From: Candidatus Sumerlaeaceae bacterium
GTDB lineage: Bacteria; Sumerlaeota; Sumerlaeia; Sumerlaeales; Sumerlaeaceae
Assembly: GCA_051003195.1 (NCBI GenBank)
Contig: JBPCLP010000042.1
Span: forward strand, 1-64,000
DNA length: 64,000 nt
Direction of reading: 5' to 3'
In this document: piece by piece, positions 38,232 through 48,061 of the stretch
Layout: every line of letters begins with the position of its first letter
How positions within the stretch are numbered: position 1 is the stretch's first letter
Position numbers and translations under genes: made by a program
Notes under the pieces: generated by a model
The model's input: the letters and a program-made list of their open reading frames with translations, nothing else
Databases searched by the model: none
What the model was told of the DNA's origin: nothing

Positions 38232-38837
38232 GTGCACTTTTCAAAGATGAACGTAAAGGCAGCTGCAGCGAACTCCCGTTTCGTGAGGGTCGTGAGCTGT
38301 GCGATCGTCGCGCTCATTGCGGGCGTGGCCTTTTCTCTGGTGTTTCGATCCTGCGTGTACCGTCCCGATACGTTCAGTGTGCATTCGCGAACAGGGCAGC
38401 TCGTATTTGAGAACAAACGTCAGGACATACTGGGTATCGGCAACGCTTACCTGAACTCGAAGCGCTACTCGTATGCTTTCCATGAAAAAACGATATCGAG
38501 GTATGCAGGCGACGAAACCTGGAAACAATGCTTTGCTCCAATATCGGTCGAGCAGACAACCGTTACGGTCGTGTTTCCTGGTTTCGAAGTAAGCCTCCAA
38601 ACCGGGGAGACTTCGACCCTTGTGCAAGCGCCTGCACGGTGCCTGTTCATTGGACCGGTGTGGTCCAAAGGTCCCGGTTATGTGCGGCTGTTCCTGGCGG
38701 ACTATTCTACTGCGACCTTCTGGGAACAAATATACGTCTTCGGGGACAACATTGAATACCGCGTTTATCCCATTACACTGAATCTCCAAACCAAACGCAT
38801 TGTTCGATCACGAAAAGTCGGACAGGTTGCCGATTAG
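38232..38837 (+). CDS. Hypothetical membrane-anchored protein (start may be 38247)
   Basis: Fills the gap between galK and the next gene; N-terminal TM; no recognised motif. Confidence 0.5.
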   Translation: MHFSKMNVKAAAANSRFVRVVSCAIVALIAGVAFSLVFRSCVYRPDTFSVHSRTGQLVFENKRQDILGIGNAYLNSKRYSYAFHEKTISRYAGDETWKQCFAPISVEQTTVTVVFPGFEVSLQTGETSTLVQAPARCLFIGPVWSKGPGYVRLFLADYSTATFWEQIYVFGDNIEYRVYPITLNLQTKRIVRSRKVGQVAD

Positions 38838-38918
38838 TTCTCGAGGAGAACGTTCAGGATTGACGCCAGCTACCCTGAGCAGCAAGATGACGATTACTTT
38901 ACGAGGAGCGTGTATGTA

Positions 38919-40139
38919 ATGAGAAGGGTCGTTGCGGCTTTTGGGGTGCTGATTTCTGCCATATGCCTGGTATCGCAAGCGCAAACCGGGCCGGCACCCG
39001 AGGCCGCGAAGATGCAGGTCACAGGTGCGCCTAAGCTAAAGCCCAAAACGTTGATCGATCCAGCGGCAGCCATGTCGATCTGGAACATTAAGGTAAAGGA
39101 TAAGGAGACCACGGCTGCCGTCGTGTCTCGCGTGAAAAAGCAGCTCACAGGGCTTCTTAACGCCGACACAAAGAAACTGGATTATGATACCGACTACTGG
39201 CGGCTGCTGGCTTATTTACGCGAGGTGCCGTGGGACAAGATGCCATCGAAATGGAAGTCCTGGTACCTGGCTAAAATGCCAAACCCGCGCCTGACGGACG
39301 AGCAGCGTGACCACGTGATTGAACAGGCGAAGAAGCAGCCGCTGTATAAGCTGAGTCCGAAGGAGCTGGATGTCTACCTGGCCTACATTCACAAGGACGA
39401 GCCAGACCTTCGCAAGCGCGTCGTTCGAATAGCCCGCCAAAACCTTGGACAGCCGTACCAGATTTACCTGCTCGGCGAGTTCCCCTACGAGGTTTACGAC
39501 GCGGACCCCATGTACTGCCTCGGCCAGGGCGACTGCGTCGTCTTTTCAGAGCACATGTACGCGATGGCGCTCAGCACCAGCTGGAAAGAATTCTACCAGA
39601 ACCTGCAAAAGCTTCGGTACAAAGACGGTGTCCCGGGAATGACGACTCGTAACCATTATACCGAAGCGGATTGGGTGAAGAACAACCGCTGGCTGATTGA
39701 GGATGTGACCGACAAACTCGACGCTACCACTGTCACGAAATACACCGAGAAGATTGACCGCGCGTCTTTTTTCAAGAACTTCGGAGTCGGGCAGGACATC
39801 AAGCCGGAGACACTGGAAGACACCTACATTCCGGCAGCCGCCGTACCGAGTGCACTGGAAAAACTACAGGACGGGGATTTCGTGAATGTAGTACGCGGCA
39901 AGGGCGAGGGTGTATGGGTCGGCCACGTCGGGCTGATCGGTCATGGTGCTGATGGTTCGGTGCACTTTATTCATTCGACTGATCCGAAGTCGAAAGAGCA
40001 ACCGATCATGGAATACGTAAACGATAACGTGAAAAAGAATGTGCAGCGTGCGAAAAAAGGACAGGCACAGTTCATGGGCTTCAAGTTTCACAAATTGAAA
40101 GACGCGAGCCAGATCCAATCGTACGCCGCGGCGGAGTAG
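38919..40139 (+). CDS. Secreted DUF1460 (NlpC/P60-superfamily amidase-like) protein
   Basis: GAGGAG RBS; signal peptide; LGQPY, DCVVFSE (Cys), RNHY, HVG (His), FIHS. Confidence 0.8.
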   Translation: MRRVVAAFGVLISAICLVSQAQTGPAPEAAKMQVTGAPKLKPKTLIDPAAAMSIWNIKVKDKETTAAVVSRVKKQLTGLLNADTKKLDYDTDYWRLLAYLREVPWDKMPSKWKSWYLAKMPNPRLTDEQRDHVIEQAKKQPLYKLSPKELDVYLAYIHKDEPDLRKRVVRIARQNLGQPYQIYLLGEFPYEVYDADPMYCLGQGDCVVFSEHMYAMALSTSWKEFYQNLQKLRYKDGVPGMTTRNHYTEADWVKNNRWLIEDVTDKLDATTVTKYTEKIDRASFFKNFGVGQDIKPETLEDTYIPAAAVPSALEKLQDGDFVNVVRGKGEGVWVGHVGLIGHGADGSVHFIHSTDPKSKEQPIMEYVNDNVKKNVQRAKKGQAQFMGFKFHKLKDASQIQSYAAAE

Positions 40140-40140
40140 T

Positions 40141-40863
40141 TTGAAGGTCGTCATACTTGCTGCGGGTCGCGGTACCCGCATGGGGGAGATAACGATACGC
40201 GTCCCCAAGCCAATGCTGCCCGTAGCCGGTGTGCCAGCTATTGAGCGCGTGATACTTGCAGCAAAACGCCAGGGTTTTGCCGAGTTTGTAGTTGTAACTG
40301 GTTATCTTGGGGAACAGGTGCGCGGTCATTTAGGAGTGGGTGAGGCACTTGGCGTCAGCCTCTCCTGCGTGCAGCAGGAACAACAGACTGGAACCGCCAG
40401 CGCCCTGTTGATCACAAGAGAGCAAGTTGGCAATTCGGACCTGCTTTTGTGTTTTGCCGACATTATGACCTCGCCCGAAAATTACTCCAGGATGCGCAGG
40501 CGATTTGCCGAAGAGCGGTGCGACGTAACTGCTGCGCTTCGACAGGTAGACGACCCGTGGCGTGCCGCGGCGGTCTACGTAGATGGGGAGATGAACATCG
40601 AACGGCTGATTGAGAAGCCGGCAAAAGGAACATCGACTACCCCCTGGGCGCACGCCGGCATGTACTGTTTTCGTCCCTCGATCTTTGATTACCTGGAGCA
40701 GGTGAAACCGTCGCCGCGTGCGGAATACGAAGTCGTGGATGCCGTCTCGGCAATGATAGCCGACGGTAAGCGGGTGCGGGGCGTCGAACTGACCGGATAT
40801 TGGAAAGACCTGGCGACACCCGAGGATATTGCGCAGGCGGCAAGAATGGTCCAGAACGGGTAA
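40141..40863 (+). CDS. Sugar-phosphate nucleotidyltransferase
   Basis: ILAAGRGTRM...PKPMLPV, GTASAL, IEKP, YWKDL. Confidence 0.88.
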   Translation: MKVVILAAGRGTRMGEITIRVPKPMLPVAGVPAIERVILAAKRQGFAEFVVVTGYLGEQVRGHLGVGEALGVSLSCVQQEQQTGTASALLITREQVGNSDLLLCFADIMTSPENYSRMRRRFAEERCDVTAALRQVDDPWRAAAVYVDGEMNIERLIEKPAKGTSTTPWAHAGMYCFRPSIFDYLEQVKPSPRAEYEVVDAVSAMIADGKRVRGVELTGYWKDLATPEDIAQAARMVQNG

Positions 40864-40953
40864 CAACGGGAGCTCGGCTCAAAGCGCCTTATCCTAAGCC
40901 AACGAACAGGTGATTAAAGTCGGAAGTTCTACGCCCAGGTACTTCGCCACCGA

Positions 40954-41847
40954 CTAGCGCGTACGCACAACTCGCGTGCGGCAGATCCGGTCGAACAGGC
41001 TACGCTTTTCGACGTCGAAGGCAACCATAAGGTAGCCCGCCATGACGACAATTCTCCCGATGCCGAACGCACCAAACTGATCAGCGATCAGTAGAAGAGC
41101 AGGAATCACGGCGCGGGCAACAGCCTGGGCGAAACTTACACGAGCACCGTCAGCCGAAATGACTTTGATCCCGCTTAAATACTTGCCGGGCGTCGCACTC
41201 ATCAACGCGACGAACACAGCATTATACACAACGAGCGCACTGATGATATAGGGGAAGAAGCCAGCGCTATACTGTTCGAGCTGCTTTAGCAGCGGTTCCG
41301 GATCGCCCACTGACCGGAACAGCAGCGCAAACACTTTATCCGGCAGGTCTTCCGGCATCATCTTCAGACTGAGCGGAGCAAGCAGAATGGAAATAAGGAG
41401 ATGATCGACCGATTTTGCGAGAGCCCGGATCCAGAAGCCGCCATAGCGTACCGAGACGGTGGCTGCCTGCGCTGCACGGCCCTCATACTGACGCACCTGC
41501 TGCACGAACGACGGCAGGCAACTGGCACACAGCCTGATATTGCCAATTCGTGTGAGACTTTCGGGAGGGAGATTCGCGCCGCAGTTGTGGCACATTGCCA
41601 GGTAGGAAATGGATGCACCTAAGGAGGGCGAAACAGGTGCGGACAGGCCTTCGGGGTAGGACGACGGTAACGGCGGGGAACCAGGCGCGGGCGGAGTCCG
41701 CACAGTTTCGAGCGGCTGCCAGTTGTCCATCCCGTCGCGCCACACCAGCGTCTCGTGACTAATACGTGCGTTGGCAATCATCTCGTCGAGTTCCGAATCG
41801 CTGATGGGTCCTCGCTGTTCACCACCTTCTGCGTAATACCAAACCAT
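40954..41847 (-). CDS. RDD family membrane protein with N-terminal GYF_2 and Zn-ribbon
   Basis: WYY...GP, TLVWRDGM..W; CHNC/CASC; YGGFWIR...D, TPGK, D..C.TRVV. Confidence 0.85.
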   Translation of the reverse strand: MVWYYAEGGEQRGPISDSELDEMIANARISHETLVWRDGMDNWQPLETVRTPPAPGSPPLPSSYPEGLSAPVSPSLGASISYLAMCHNCGANLPPESLTRIGNIRLCASCLPSFVQQVRQYEGRAAQAATVSVRYGGFWIRALAKSVDHLLISILLAPLSLKMMPEDLPDKVFALLFRSVGDPEPLLKQLEQYSAGFFPYIISALVVYNAVFVALMSATPGKYLSGIKVISADGARVSFAQAVARAVIPALLLIADQFGAFGIGRIVVMAGYLMVAFDVEKRSLFDRICRTRVVRTR

Positions 41848-41901
41848 AAAGTCGTCTATCCTGAACAGCTTCTGAAATTGTGCTGCTTTGTTTGCGGCAA
41901 A

Positions 41902-43287
41902 CTACTTTGCCTCCCGGATCAAGTCGTCAATGGCTTGTGTAAGCTCATCGCCATGCGCATCGACTTTACGGATTTGTCCCTGCGCATCGATCAGGACGGT
42001 TGTCGGGTATTTTGTAATGCCGTAGGCGAGCATTGCGGTACCAGAAGTAGGATCACCTTCGAATACCTGCGGCCATTTGACCTCGCGCTTCTTCACAAAT
42101 TCTTTGAGGGCAGATTCTTCGTGATCGGCGCTAATACCCAGCAACACGAACGGTTTACCCTGGTTCGCATCATAGATGCGCTTCATATCCGGGATCAGGC
42201 CGACGCACGGTCCGCACCACGTTGCCCAGAAATCGAGCAGAACCACTTTCCCACGATATGAACTCAGCTTTATCTTCTGCCCGTCGATCGACGTTGCTTC
42301 AAAATCAGGAGCAGAGGTCCCTTCTGCGATCTTCTCGGAGTTCTCCTGGAGTGCCCGCATCTGGCCCACCTGAACGCTGATCCGTTTGTAGATCGGGGCA
42401 AAAGCACCGTCAGGAAACTGCGTCAGATAATCCTCGATTCCTTTCAGCGTCTGCTTCACAGCATCTTCTCCGGACATATTGAGAGAGCGTATCCGCGTAG
42501 CCAGAGGAATGGCTGCAGCAACGTCCTTACCGAGTTTCTGCATGTCAGCGGCGGATAACTTCTGAATGTCGACCCGCCTCGTTACAAACCCGAGTGAGAT
42601 GAGAGCCTTCATATCTGGACTCGGCTCGATTTCCACCAGCGTTGTCTGAGAGGTTTCCAGTAGAGAGAATTCCGCGTCGGCAAAGCGCGCTGTATAACTG
42701 TGCTGTTTGAGTCCTTTTTCGGTAGCTGTGGTTAGATTTGCATCGATCTGCGTGACGTTTCCGACGCTGGAAACATGCTGCTCCAGGTTGACGATTTCAC
42801 CCACCATCTCCAGCATCATCGAAGCCGTCGATTTTCCTTCAGCGGGCAAAGGTGGGAATAACGATTCGAACTTCCAACCAGGAAAGGCAGGATTGGCAAG
42901 GCCGGCCGTCTGAACTGTTTCTCCGGGCACTGCACCTTCTGCGGGCAGGCTCAGTGTAAAGCGCGCGGCCGGCTCGATCTTTTGTGGCTGCGTAACGGTA
43001 GCTGCATTGTCCCGCTTGCCAAGCAGGTCAATCTCGGCCAGCAGCACACGACCTTCGGGGCGCTGCTCCAGCACCGTAAAGGCGCTTCTGAAGCTGGTGC
43101 TTTCCAGCCTGTCGACATCCCCCGTGACCCTGAGTGTACCCGACGTCTCATACACCAGGCGTGTGCCCGGTGAGAGATTGTACTGCTTTGAGCCGGTGGT
43201 TTGCTTCTCCTGGACTGCAACGGCCATCGAGGCAATGAGTACGAACTTCGCACAAAACAGAGAGCGGATTATACAATGTGACAACAT
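41902..43287 (-). CDS. Exported TlpA-family thiol:disulfide oxidoreductase with a large N-terminal domain
   Basis: Signal peptide; APDF, GKVVLLDFWATWCGPC, YP(T). Confidence 0.85.
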   Translation of the reverse strand: MLSHCIIRSLFCAKFVLIASMAVAVQEKQTTGSKQYNLSPGTRLVYETSGTLRVTGDVDRLESTSFRSAFTVLEQRPEGRVLLAEIDLLGKRDNAATVTQPQKIEPAARFTLSLPAEGAVPGETVQTAGLANPAFPGWKFESLFPPLPAEGKSTASMMLEMVGEIVNLEQHVSSVGNVTQIDANLTTATEKGLKQHSYTARFADAEFSLLETSQTTLVEIEPSPDMKALISLGFVTRRVDIQKLSAADMQKLGKDVAAAIPLATRIRSLNMSGEDAVKQTLKGIEDYLTQFPDGAFAPIYKRISVQVGQMRALQENSEKIAEGTSAPDFEATSIDGQKIKLSSYRGKVVLLDFWATWCGPCVGLIPDMKRIYDANQGKPFVLLGISADHEESALKEFVKKREVKWPQVFEGDPTSGTAMLAYGITKYPTTVLIDAQGQIRKVDAHGDELTQAIDDLIREAK

Positions 43288-43393
43288 GCTTATCCTTTTA
43301 CCAGATTTGAATAGCCAGTGTTTGAGATAATGTTTGCCTGGCAGAATCATTCGGCCTGTAGCCGACATTAATACTTACGTGTGAGGAGATGGC

Positions 43394-44515
43394 ATGGCTC
43401 TGTTCTGGAAGCGCAAGGACACAAATGAAGAATTTGTGACCGCCAAACCAGGGGAGCTCTTCGTGAGGCAGGAGCCGGGTTCGCCTGCTCCCCTGCCAAC
43501 CGAGACCTCCCCGCCCGTTGAGCCTAAGCCTACCACCCCGCTGACCGAACAAGGCCCCCATGGCGACGTGACCGCCGAGGACGCGCAAAGCGGCACCGGG
43601 TTGTTTGGGCGCATGAAGACGGCCCTATCGACGCGCATCCAGCAAACCCGCCAGGAGATTGTCGGTCAGATCCGAGCTGCCATGAAGGCCGCTGGCAAAG
43701 TCGATGAGAATCTGATCGAGCGCATTGAAGAGATTTTGATAAAGGCCGACGTAGGCGCCGAGACTACGATGAAGATTGTCGATGAGATGAAGGAATTCGA
43801 GGCACGTGGCGCAAGTACCGACGAACTGCTCGACAGTTTTAAGCAACAGCTCCACAAGATTGTTGGCCATGGTGAACGCACGCTGATGCGATTGGGACAC
43901 AAACCCTATATTCTGCTGGTGATTGGCGTCAACGGAGTTGGGAAAACAACGACCATTGGAAAAATGGCCGCTGAGTTCAGGGCGGCCGGGCTCAAAGTGA
44001 TGATCGTTGCGGGCGATACGTTCAGGGCTGCAGCCGTTGAACAGCTTGAGATATGGGCAAAGCGTACGAACAGCGAATTTGTCAGCAAAGGAATGGGCGC
44101 GGACCCGGCAGGAGTTGCTTACGATGCACTGACCAAGGCAGACGCTGAGCAGTTCGATGTGGTTCTGATCGACACGGCGGGGCGCTTGCACACCAAAGCC
44201 AACCTGATGGAGGAACTGAAGAAAATCGTGCGAGTGATCGATCGGCTGCTGCCCGGTGCACCGCACGAGACGCTGCTTGTGCTGGATGCAACCACTGGCC
44301 AGAACGCTATTTCTCAGGCGAAAGTTTTCACGGAGACGATCAATGTAACTGGAATCGTCATGACGAAACTGGACGGAACGGCCAAAGGTGGAGTGCTGAT
44401 CGGGGTGCGGAACCTGTTTGACGTCCCGGTATTGAAAATCGGAGTCGGCGAGGGCGTCGAGGATCTGCGAGATTTTAATCCGGGTGAATTCGTCGAAGCG
44501 CTGTTTGCTGAATAG
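43394..44515 (+). CDS. ftsY: SRP receptor FtsY
   Basis: [41 protein letters not shown]. Confidence 0.97.
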   Translation: MALFWKRKDTNEEFVTAKPGELFVRQEPGSPAPLPTETSPPVEPKPTTPLTEQGPHGDVTAEDAQSGTGLFGRMKTALSTRIQQTRQEIVGQIRAAMKAAGKVDENLIERIEEILIKADVGAETTMKIVDEMKEFEARGASTDELLDSFKQQLHKIVGHGERTLMRLGHKPYILLVIGVNGVGKTTTIGKMAAEFRAAGLKVMIVAGDTFRAAAVEQLEIWAKRTNSEFVSKGMGADPAGVAYDALTKADAEQFDVVLIDTAGRLHTKANLMEELKKIVRVIDRLLPGAPHETLLVLDATTGQNAISQAKVFTETINVTGIVMTKLDGTAKGGVLIGVRNLFDVPVLKIGVGEGVEDLRDFNPGEFVEALFAE

Positions 44516-44522
44516 ATGAAAG

Positions 44523-44599
44523 GGTGCGCAATGTGCGCACCTTAATAGTGCTGGCTACGCTAACCACAAACGCCGCCGGGGCATTAGCCCCGACGGCGT
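44523..44599. terminator. Two hairpins between convergent ftsY and the basic protein gene; the second is a likely minus-strand terminator
   Basis: GGTGCGCA-ATG-TGCGCACC 44523-44541; minus-strand ACGCCGTCGGGGC-TAAT-GCCCCGGCGGCGT (44570-44599) followed by TTG. Confidence 0.6.
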
Positions 44600-44618
44600 A
44601 AAAACAATTCCCGGTAGT

Positions 44619-45146
44619 TTATCGGCCGGATTTGCGCCCACCAGACTTTGAACCCGCTCTTTTGCCGGCGGACGACGAGCGAGACTTACCGCTCGTGGAC
44701 TTCGAAGACCCCTTTGCCGGCGATTTTTTCGCACCGGATTTGCCGGCGGAGGAAACGACTGACTTCGAGGACGATTTGCTGCTTGATCCGCTCTTGCTGG
44801 CTTTTCGAGCAGTTGACCCGCCTGTGGAAGACTTGCTGCGCGATGTTTTTGCCGCGCCGCCGCGCCCACCGCCATCAATTGCCTTATTTACCCGGGTTAC
44901 TGCCGCATCGGCAGCCGCGCGTACTGCCGGCTTCGCCTGCTTCTTAATCTCATTTGCGGCGGCATTCACCATGGGAGCGGCTGCTCGTTTGACGTCACGC
45001 GCAATTCCGGAAGCAACGCCGCCCAGTTTACTCATCACGCCCTTGCCGGATTTTTTCTTGCGGCTGCCCGACTTTTTTGTCGAGGCGCTGGTGGATCTGC
45101 CAGATGTGCTATTCGATTTTTTCGATGCCGATTTCTTCGTAGCCAC
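44619..45146 (-). CDS. Lys/Ser-rich basic histone-H1-like protein
   Basis: GGAGGTG RBS before GTG; MATKK start; only four acidic and no aromatic residues in 175 aa; downstream terminator. Confidence 0.75.
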   Translation of the reverse strand: MATKKSASKKSNSTSGRSTSASTKKSGSRKKKSGKGVMSKLGGVASGIARDVKRAAAPMVNAAANEIKKQAKPAVRAAADAAVTRVNKAIDGGGRGGAAKTSRSKSSTGGSTARKASKSGSSSKSSSKSVVSSAGKSGAKKSPAKGSSKSTSGKSRSSSAGKRAGSKSGGRKSGR

Positions 45147-45232
45147 AATTCACCTCCAGGTTGTGAAACACTGCTTCTTACCCTCGAGGGCTTAGAGCAT
45201 TAGCAAATTGACCTGCAATCTCTGTGCCGGTT

Positions 45233-46699
45233 TCAGTCGATTAGCACAAATTCAATGCCTTTGATGTCGCAGAACGTCCGAAGTTCCTCAACATAGTCGC
45301 CATATACCCCATGTATGTGATTGCAGTGGAATTGGTCGATGAACTCCTCGGGCGTGCAGGCAAAACGCGCAAAGGCGTGTGGCCAATTGTCCTGCACTCC
45401 GGCGGCAAGCGCCTCGTCCTCCTTTTCACCGAAGCTAACCAGTTCGGCGGGGACAACCGCCATCCGGTAGCTGCCGGAACCACCACTGCGCGTGAGGCGC
45501 GCCAGCGTGACTTCGCCTGGCGCGGCAATGTGATAGACGGAAGCACCGCCTGCCGGGAAGTAAAAACCCTCGGCGCGAAACTCGGTTTTGGCCAGGTTTT
45601 CCTTCGGATCAAAACTGCGCGCGGCAAAGTAAGTCGCATGCTCGCCGCTGTTGCACAAATCCCACACACCCAGGTCGGCGTGATAGTGGCGCACGTCAGC
45701 AAACAGGACGGGGGTTTTCGCCAGCAATTTGAAAATCTGCATGGTGAGAGCCGCGTCCATGTCGGCCTCTGTGCTGCACACAATCGGTTCCCGCGATTCG
45801 CCTTCTGGTCCATATGGATCGTTTAGAAAGGCTTCTGCGACATCAGCGGTCACGTAGTGCTCCGTCAGTTCGCGCTGCCCCTTGATGCCGCAGAAGTCGT
45901 ACTTGAACTCGCGGCAAAGATCAAGCGCAGCGTAGTACATCCCGAGTTGCCGCTTAAACAGGTCCTCGGTCAGGTGCATTACTTCGTCCGGCCCGGTCCA
46001 CTGAATCCTGCGAGCATGCTTTTTGAGGTAATCCAGCGCGGCTGGTACGCGGCTGTTCTTTGCGGCAATTTCAGCCTCGGCCCGTCGCACAAGCTCCATC
46101 TGGTCGACGTGATCCACATCAATACCAAACATCTCCATCCACAGCGCGGGGTCCGCGACCGCGGTGTCGATGCCTAGAGAACGCCCGCCAATTAGACCAT
46201 AAGTCTGGCCGCGCAGCTTGTTCGCGGCGGAAATCGAAAGTATTTTGGAGCGCACACGCGCTAGCACGGCGTCATCGGCAATGTCGCCAAAGGTTTTGTA
46301 GAACTGGATACCGACCTGGTCCAGTGCACCGGCATTTGCCAGCATCCCTACCAGGCCGGGGTACTGTGGGTTCACGTTGGAAAACATGAGGATCGGTTGA
46401 GGAAGAAATTGCGCAGCCATCCGCGCATACATTGGCCAGGCCCAGACGCTAAAATTAAAGATCACCACATCGACGTTTTCCGCGGAAAGGCGTCGGGCTT
46501 CCCGCACTGCTATGTCGTTCTGCCAGACAATCTCCGAGCCCGGCACTACCTCGAATCCGTCGTTTTCCAGCCGAGCCTTTAGAGTCTTAAGAAAGCGCTC
46601 GTTAACCTCGCGCAATGGTTCCTGCAAGAAGGCTCGACCATCGCCAAAGGTAAGCAGTCCGACCCGAATGCCACGAGGTGTGGCAGATTTATTAGCCAT
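45233..46699 (-). CDS. L-fucose/L-arabinose isomerase family protein
   Basis: GLLTFGDGR, PGLVGMLA, GIKGQ, STEAD, FADVR, NSG, WPHAF, NHIH. Confidence 0.85.
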   Translation of the reverse strand: MANKSATPRGIRVGLLTFGDGRAFLQEPLREVNERFLKTLKARLENDGFEVVPGSEIVWQNDIAVREARRLSAENVDVVIFNFSVWAWPMYARMAAQFLPQPILMFSNVNPQYPGLVGMLANAGALDQVGIQFYKTFGDIADDAVLARVRSKILSISAANKLRGQTYGLIGGRSLGIDTAVADPALWMEMFGIDVDHVDQMELVRRAEAEIAAKNSRVPAALDYLKKHARRIQWTGPDEVMHLTEDLFKRQLGMYYAALDLCREFKYDFCGIKGQRELTEHYVTADVAEAFLNDPYGPEGESREPIVCSTEADMDAALTMQIFKLLAKTPVLFADVRHYHADLGVWDLCNSGEHATYFAARSFDPKENLAKTEFRAEGFYFPAGGASVYHIAAPGEVTLARLTRSGGSGSYRMAVVPAELVSFGEKEDEALAAGVQDNWPHAFARFACTPEEFIDQFHCNHIHGVYGDYVEELRTFCDIKGIEFVLID

Positions 46700-46774
46700 T
46701 CTCTCTCCTGCGAATTCGTGGAAGGGTAGCGTGGCGGCTCAACGCTAACCCAGCATTGCACCTGCTGACGGAAG

Positions 46775-47146
46775 TCAGGCCTCCGTAATTGCCCTTATCA
46801 TTTCTTCGAGCTTGGCGGGTTCGAATGGTTTCACGATATAATCGCGCGCGCCGGCTTCCAGGCCTTCTTTAATGGAGCCTGCCTGCGACGCTGCACTGAG
46901 CATAATGATGGGAATGTCCGCTGTCTTAGGATTCGCCTTCAAACGCCGGGCTACCTCGAATCCGCTCATAACTGGCATCATTACGTCCAGCAGGAGCAAA
47001 TCTGGATTCTCCGTCTCACACATAGAAATTGCATCGAGGCCGTCAAATGCCGTGAGCACCTCATAACCGCGCGATTCCAGGAAGAACTTCACGACGATCT
47101 TAATATCTTCCTCGTCGTCTGCTATAAGAATTTTTTTACGCTCCAT
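46775..47146 (-). CDS. Stand-alone response regulator receiver
   Basis: ILIADDE, LLDVMMP, MLSA, KPF. Confidence 0.92.
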   Translation of the reverse strand: MERKKILIADDEEDIKIVVKFFLESRGYEVLTAFDGLDAISMCETENPDLLLLDVMMPVMSGFEVARRLKANPKTADIPIIMLSAASQAGSIKEGLEAGARDYIVKPFEPAKLEEMIRAITEA

Positions 47147-47232
47147 GATGAGCAATTCCTCTCGTAAATTGCGTCATCTCTGAACCGGCTAAAACGGCTT
47201 GTCCAGCACAGAGCGGAATCGGGGTATGACGG

Positions 47233-47934
47233 CTAGTAGCCAAGTAGAATTCGAATAGCCTTGTAGAAGGAAAACGCCGCGAATCCGCACAGGGCAAGTC
47301 CGCCCGCCCGCTCGACCAGCAGATAAGTGCGTGGCTGTATGCGCCTGTGGAATTTGCCCGCTATCGTAGCAACCATGATCACCCAAAGGGTACAGGCAAT
47401 GCCAACGCCTGCAGCGAGGACAAACGGGACATAGTCGGGCCGGTCGACTTCTGTTGGATCCGCGGTGAACTTCGACACACCCAGCAATGTCGCGACCCAG
47501 TACATAATAGTGGCAGGACTTGTCAGGGTTAGAATGAGCGCGAGAAAGTAATACTTCAGAATGCGCTGCATGCCAATGACTGGGTGGGAAAACTGCAGCG
47601 TGCCAATCTCCTGGGTCTGACCCATGTGCGGAAGCGGCCTGGGGACGGGCACCTTTGCCCGCAAAGCACTCAGTCCGACGAGCAGAAGGCAGGTAGAGCC
47701 GACGAGCCACATGAACGCCTTGCCATTGCGTGGCAGGCTGTTTACCAGCGAAGATGCTCCATATGACCCCGCGATGCAGAAGATGATATCCGCGGTTACA
47801 GCGCCCATGCCGAACGCGAGGCCCAGAATCGGCCCACGGTTCAGCGATCGACGCACAACTTCCAGGTTAATGGGCCCCGGCACCGCCGCAGCGGTAAGCC
47901 CCATAACGAATCCGATGACATAGATGTGCCACAT
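47233..47934 (-). CDS. LysE family translocator
   Basis: GLTAAAVPGPIN, GAVTAD, LTSPATIMYW. Confidence 0.85.
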   Translation of the reverse strand: MWHIYVIGFVMGLTAAAVPGPINLEVVRRSLNRGPILGLAFGMGAVTADIIFCIAGSYGASSLVNSLPRNGKAFMWLVGSTCLLLVGLSALRAKVPVPRPLPHMGQTQEIGTLQFSHPVIGMQRILKYYFLALILTLTSPATIMYWVATLLGVSKFTADPTEVDRPDYVPFVLAAGVGIACTLWVIMVATIAGKFHRRIQPRTYLLVERAGGLALCGFAAFSFYKAIRILLGY

Positions 47935-48061
47935 TGTCTGCGCCGATGTGTTCGGTCGGGAAAGCAAATGCAAGTGCGACTGGCATCGTACCCGAAATTG
48001 AATTTGAACAGGTTAGCGAAAAAGTCTTTGCGTCGGCAAAGCTGAAACGGATGCTGGGTGG

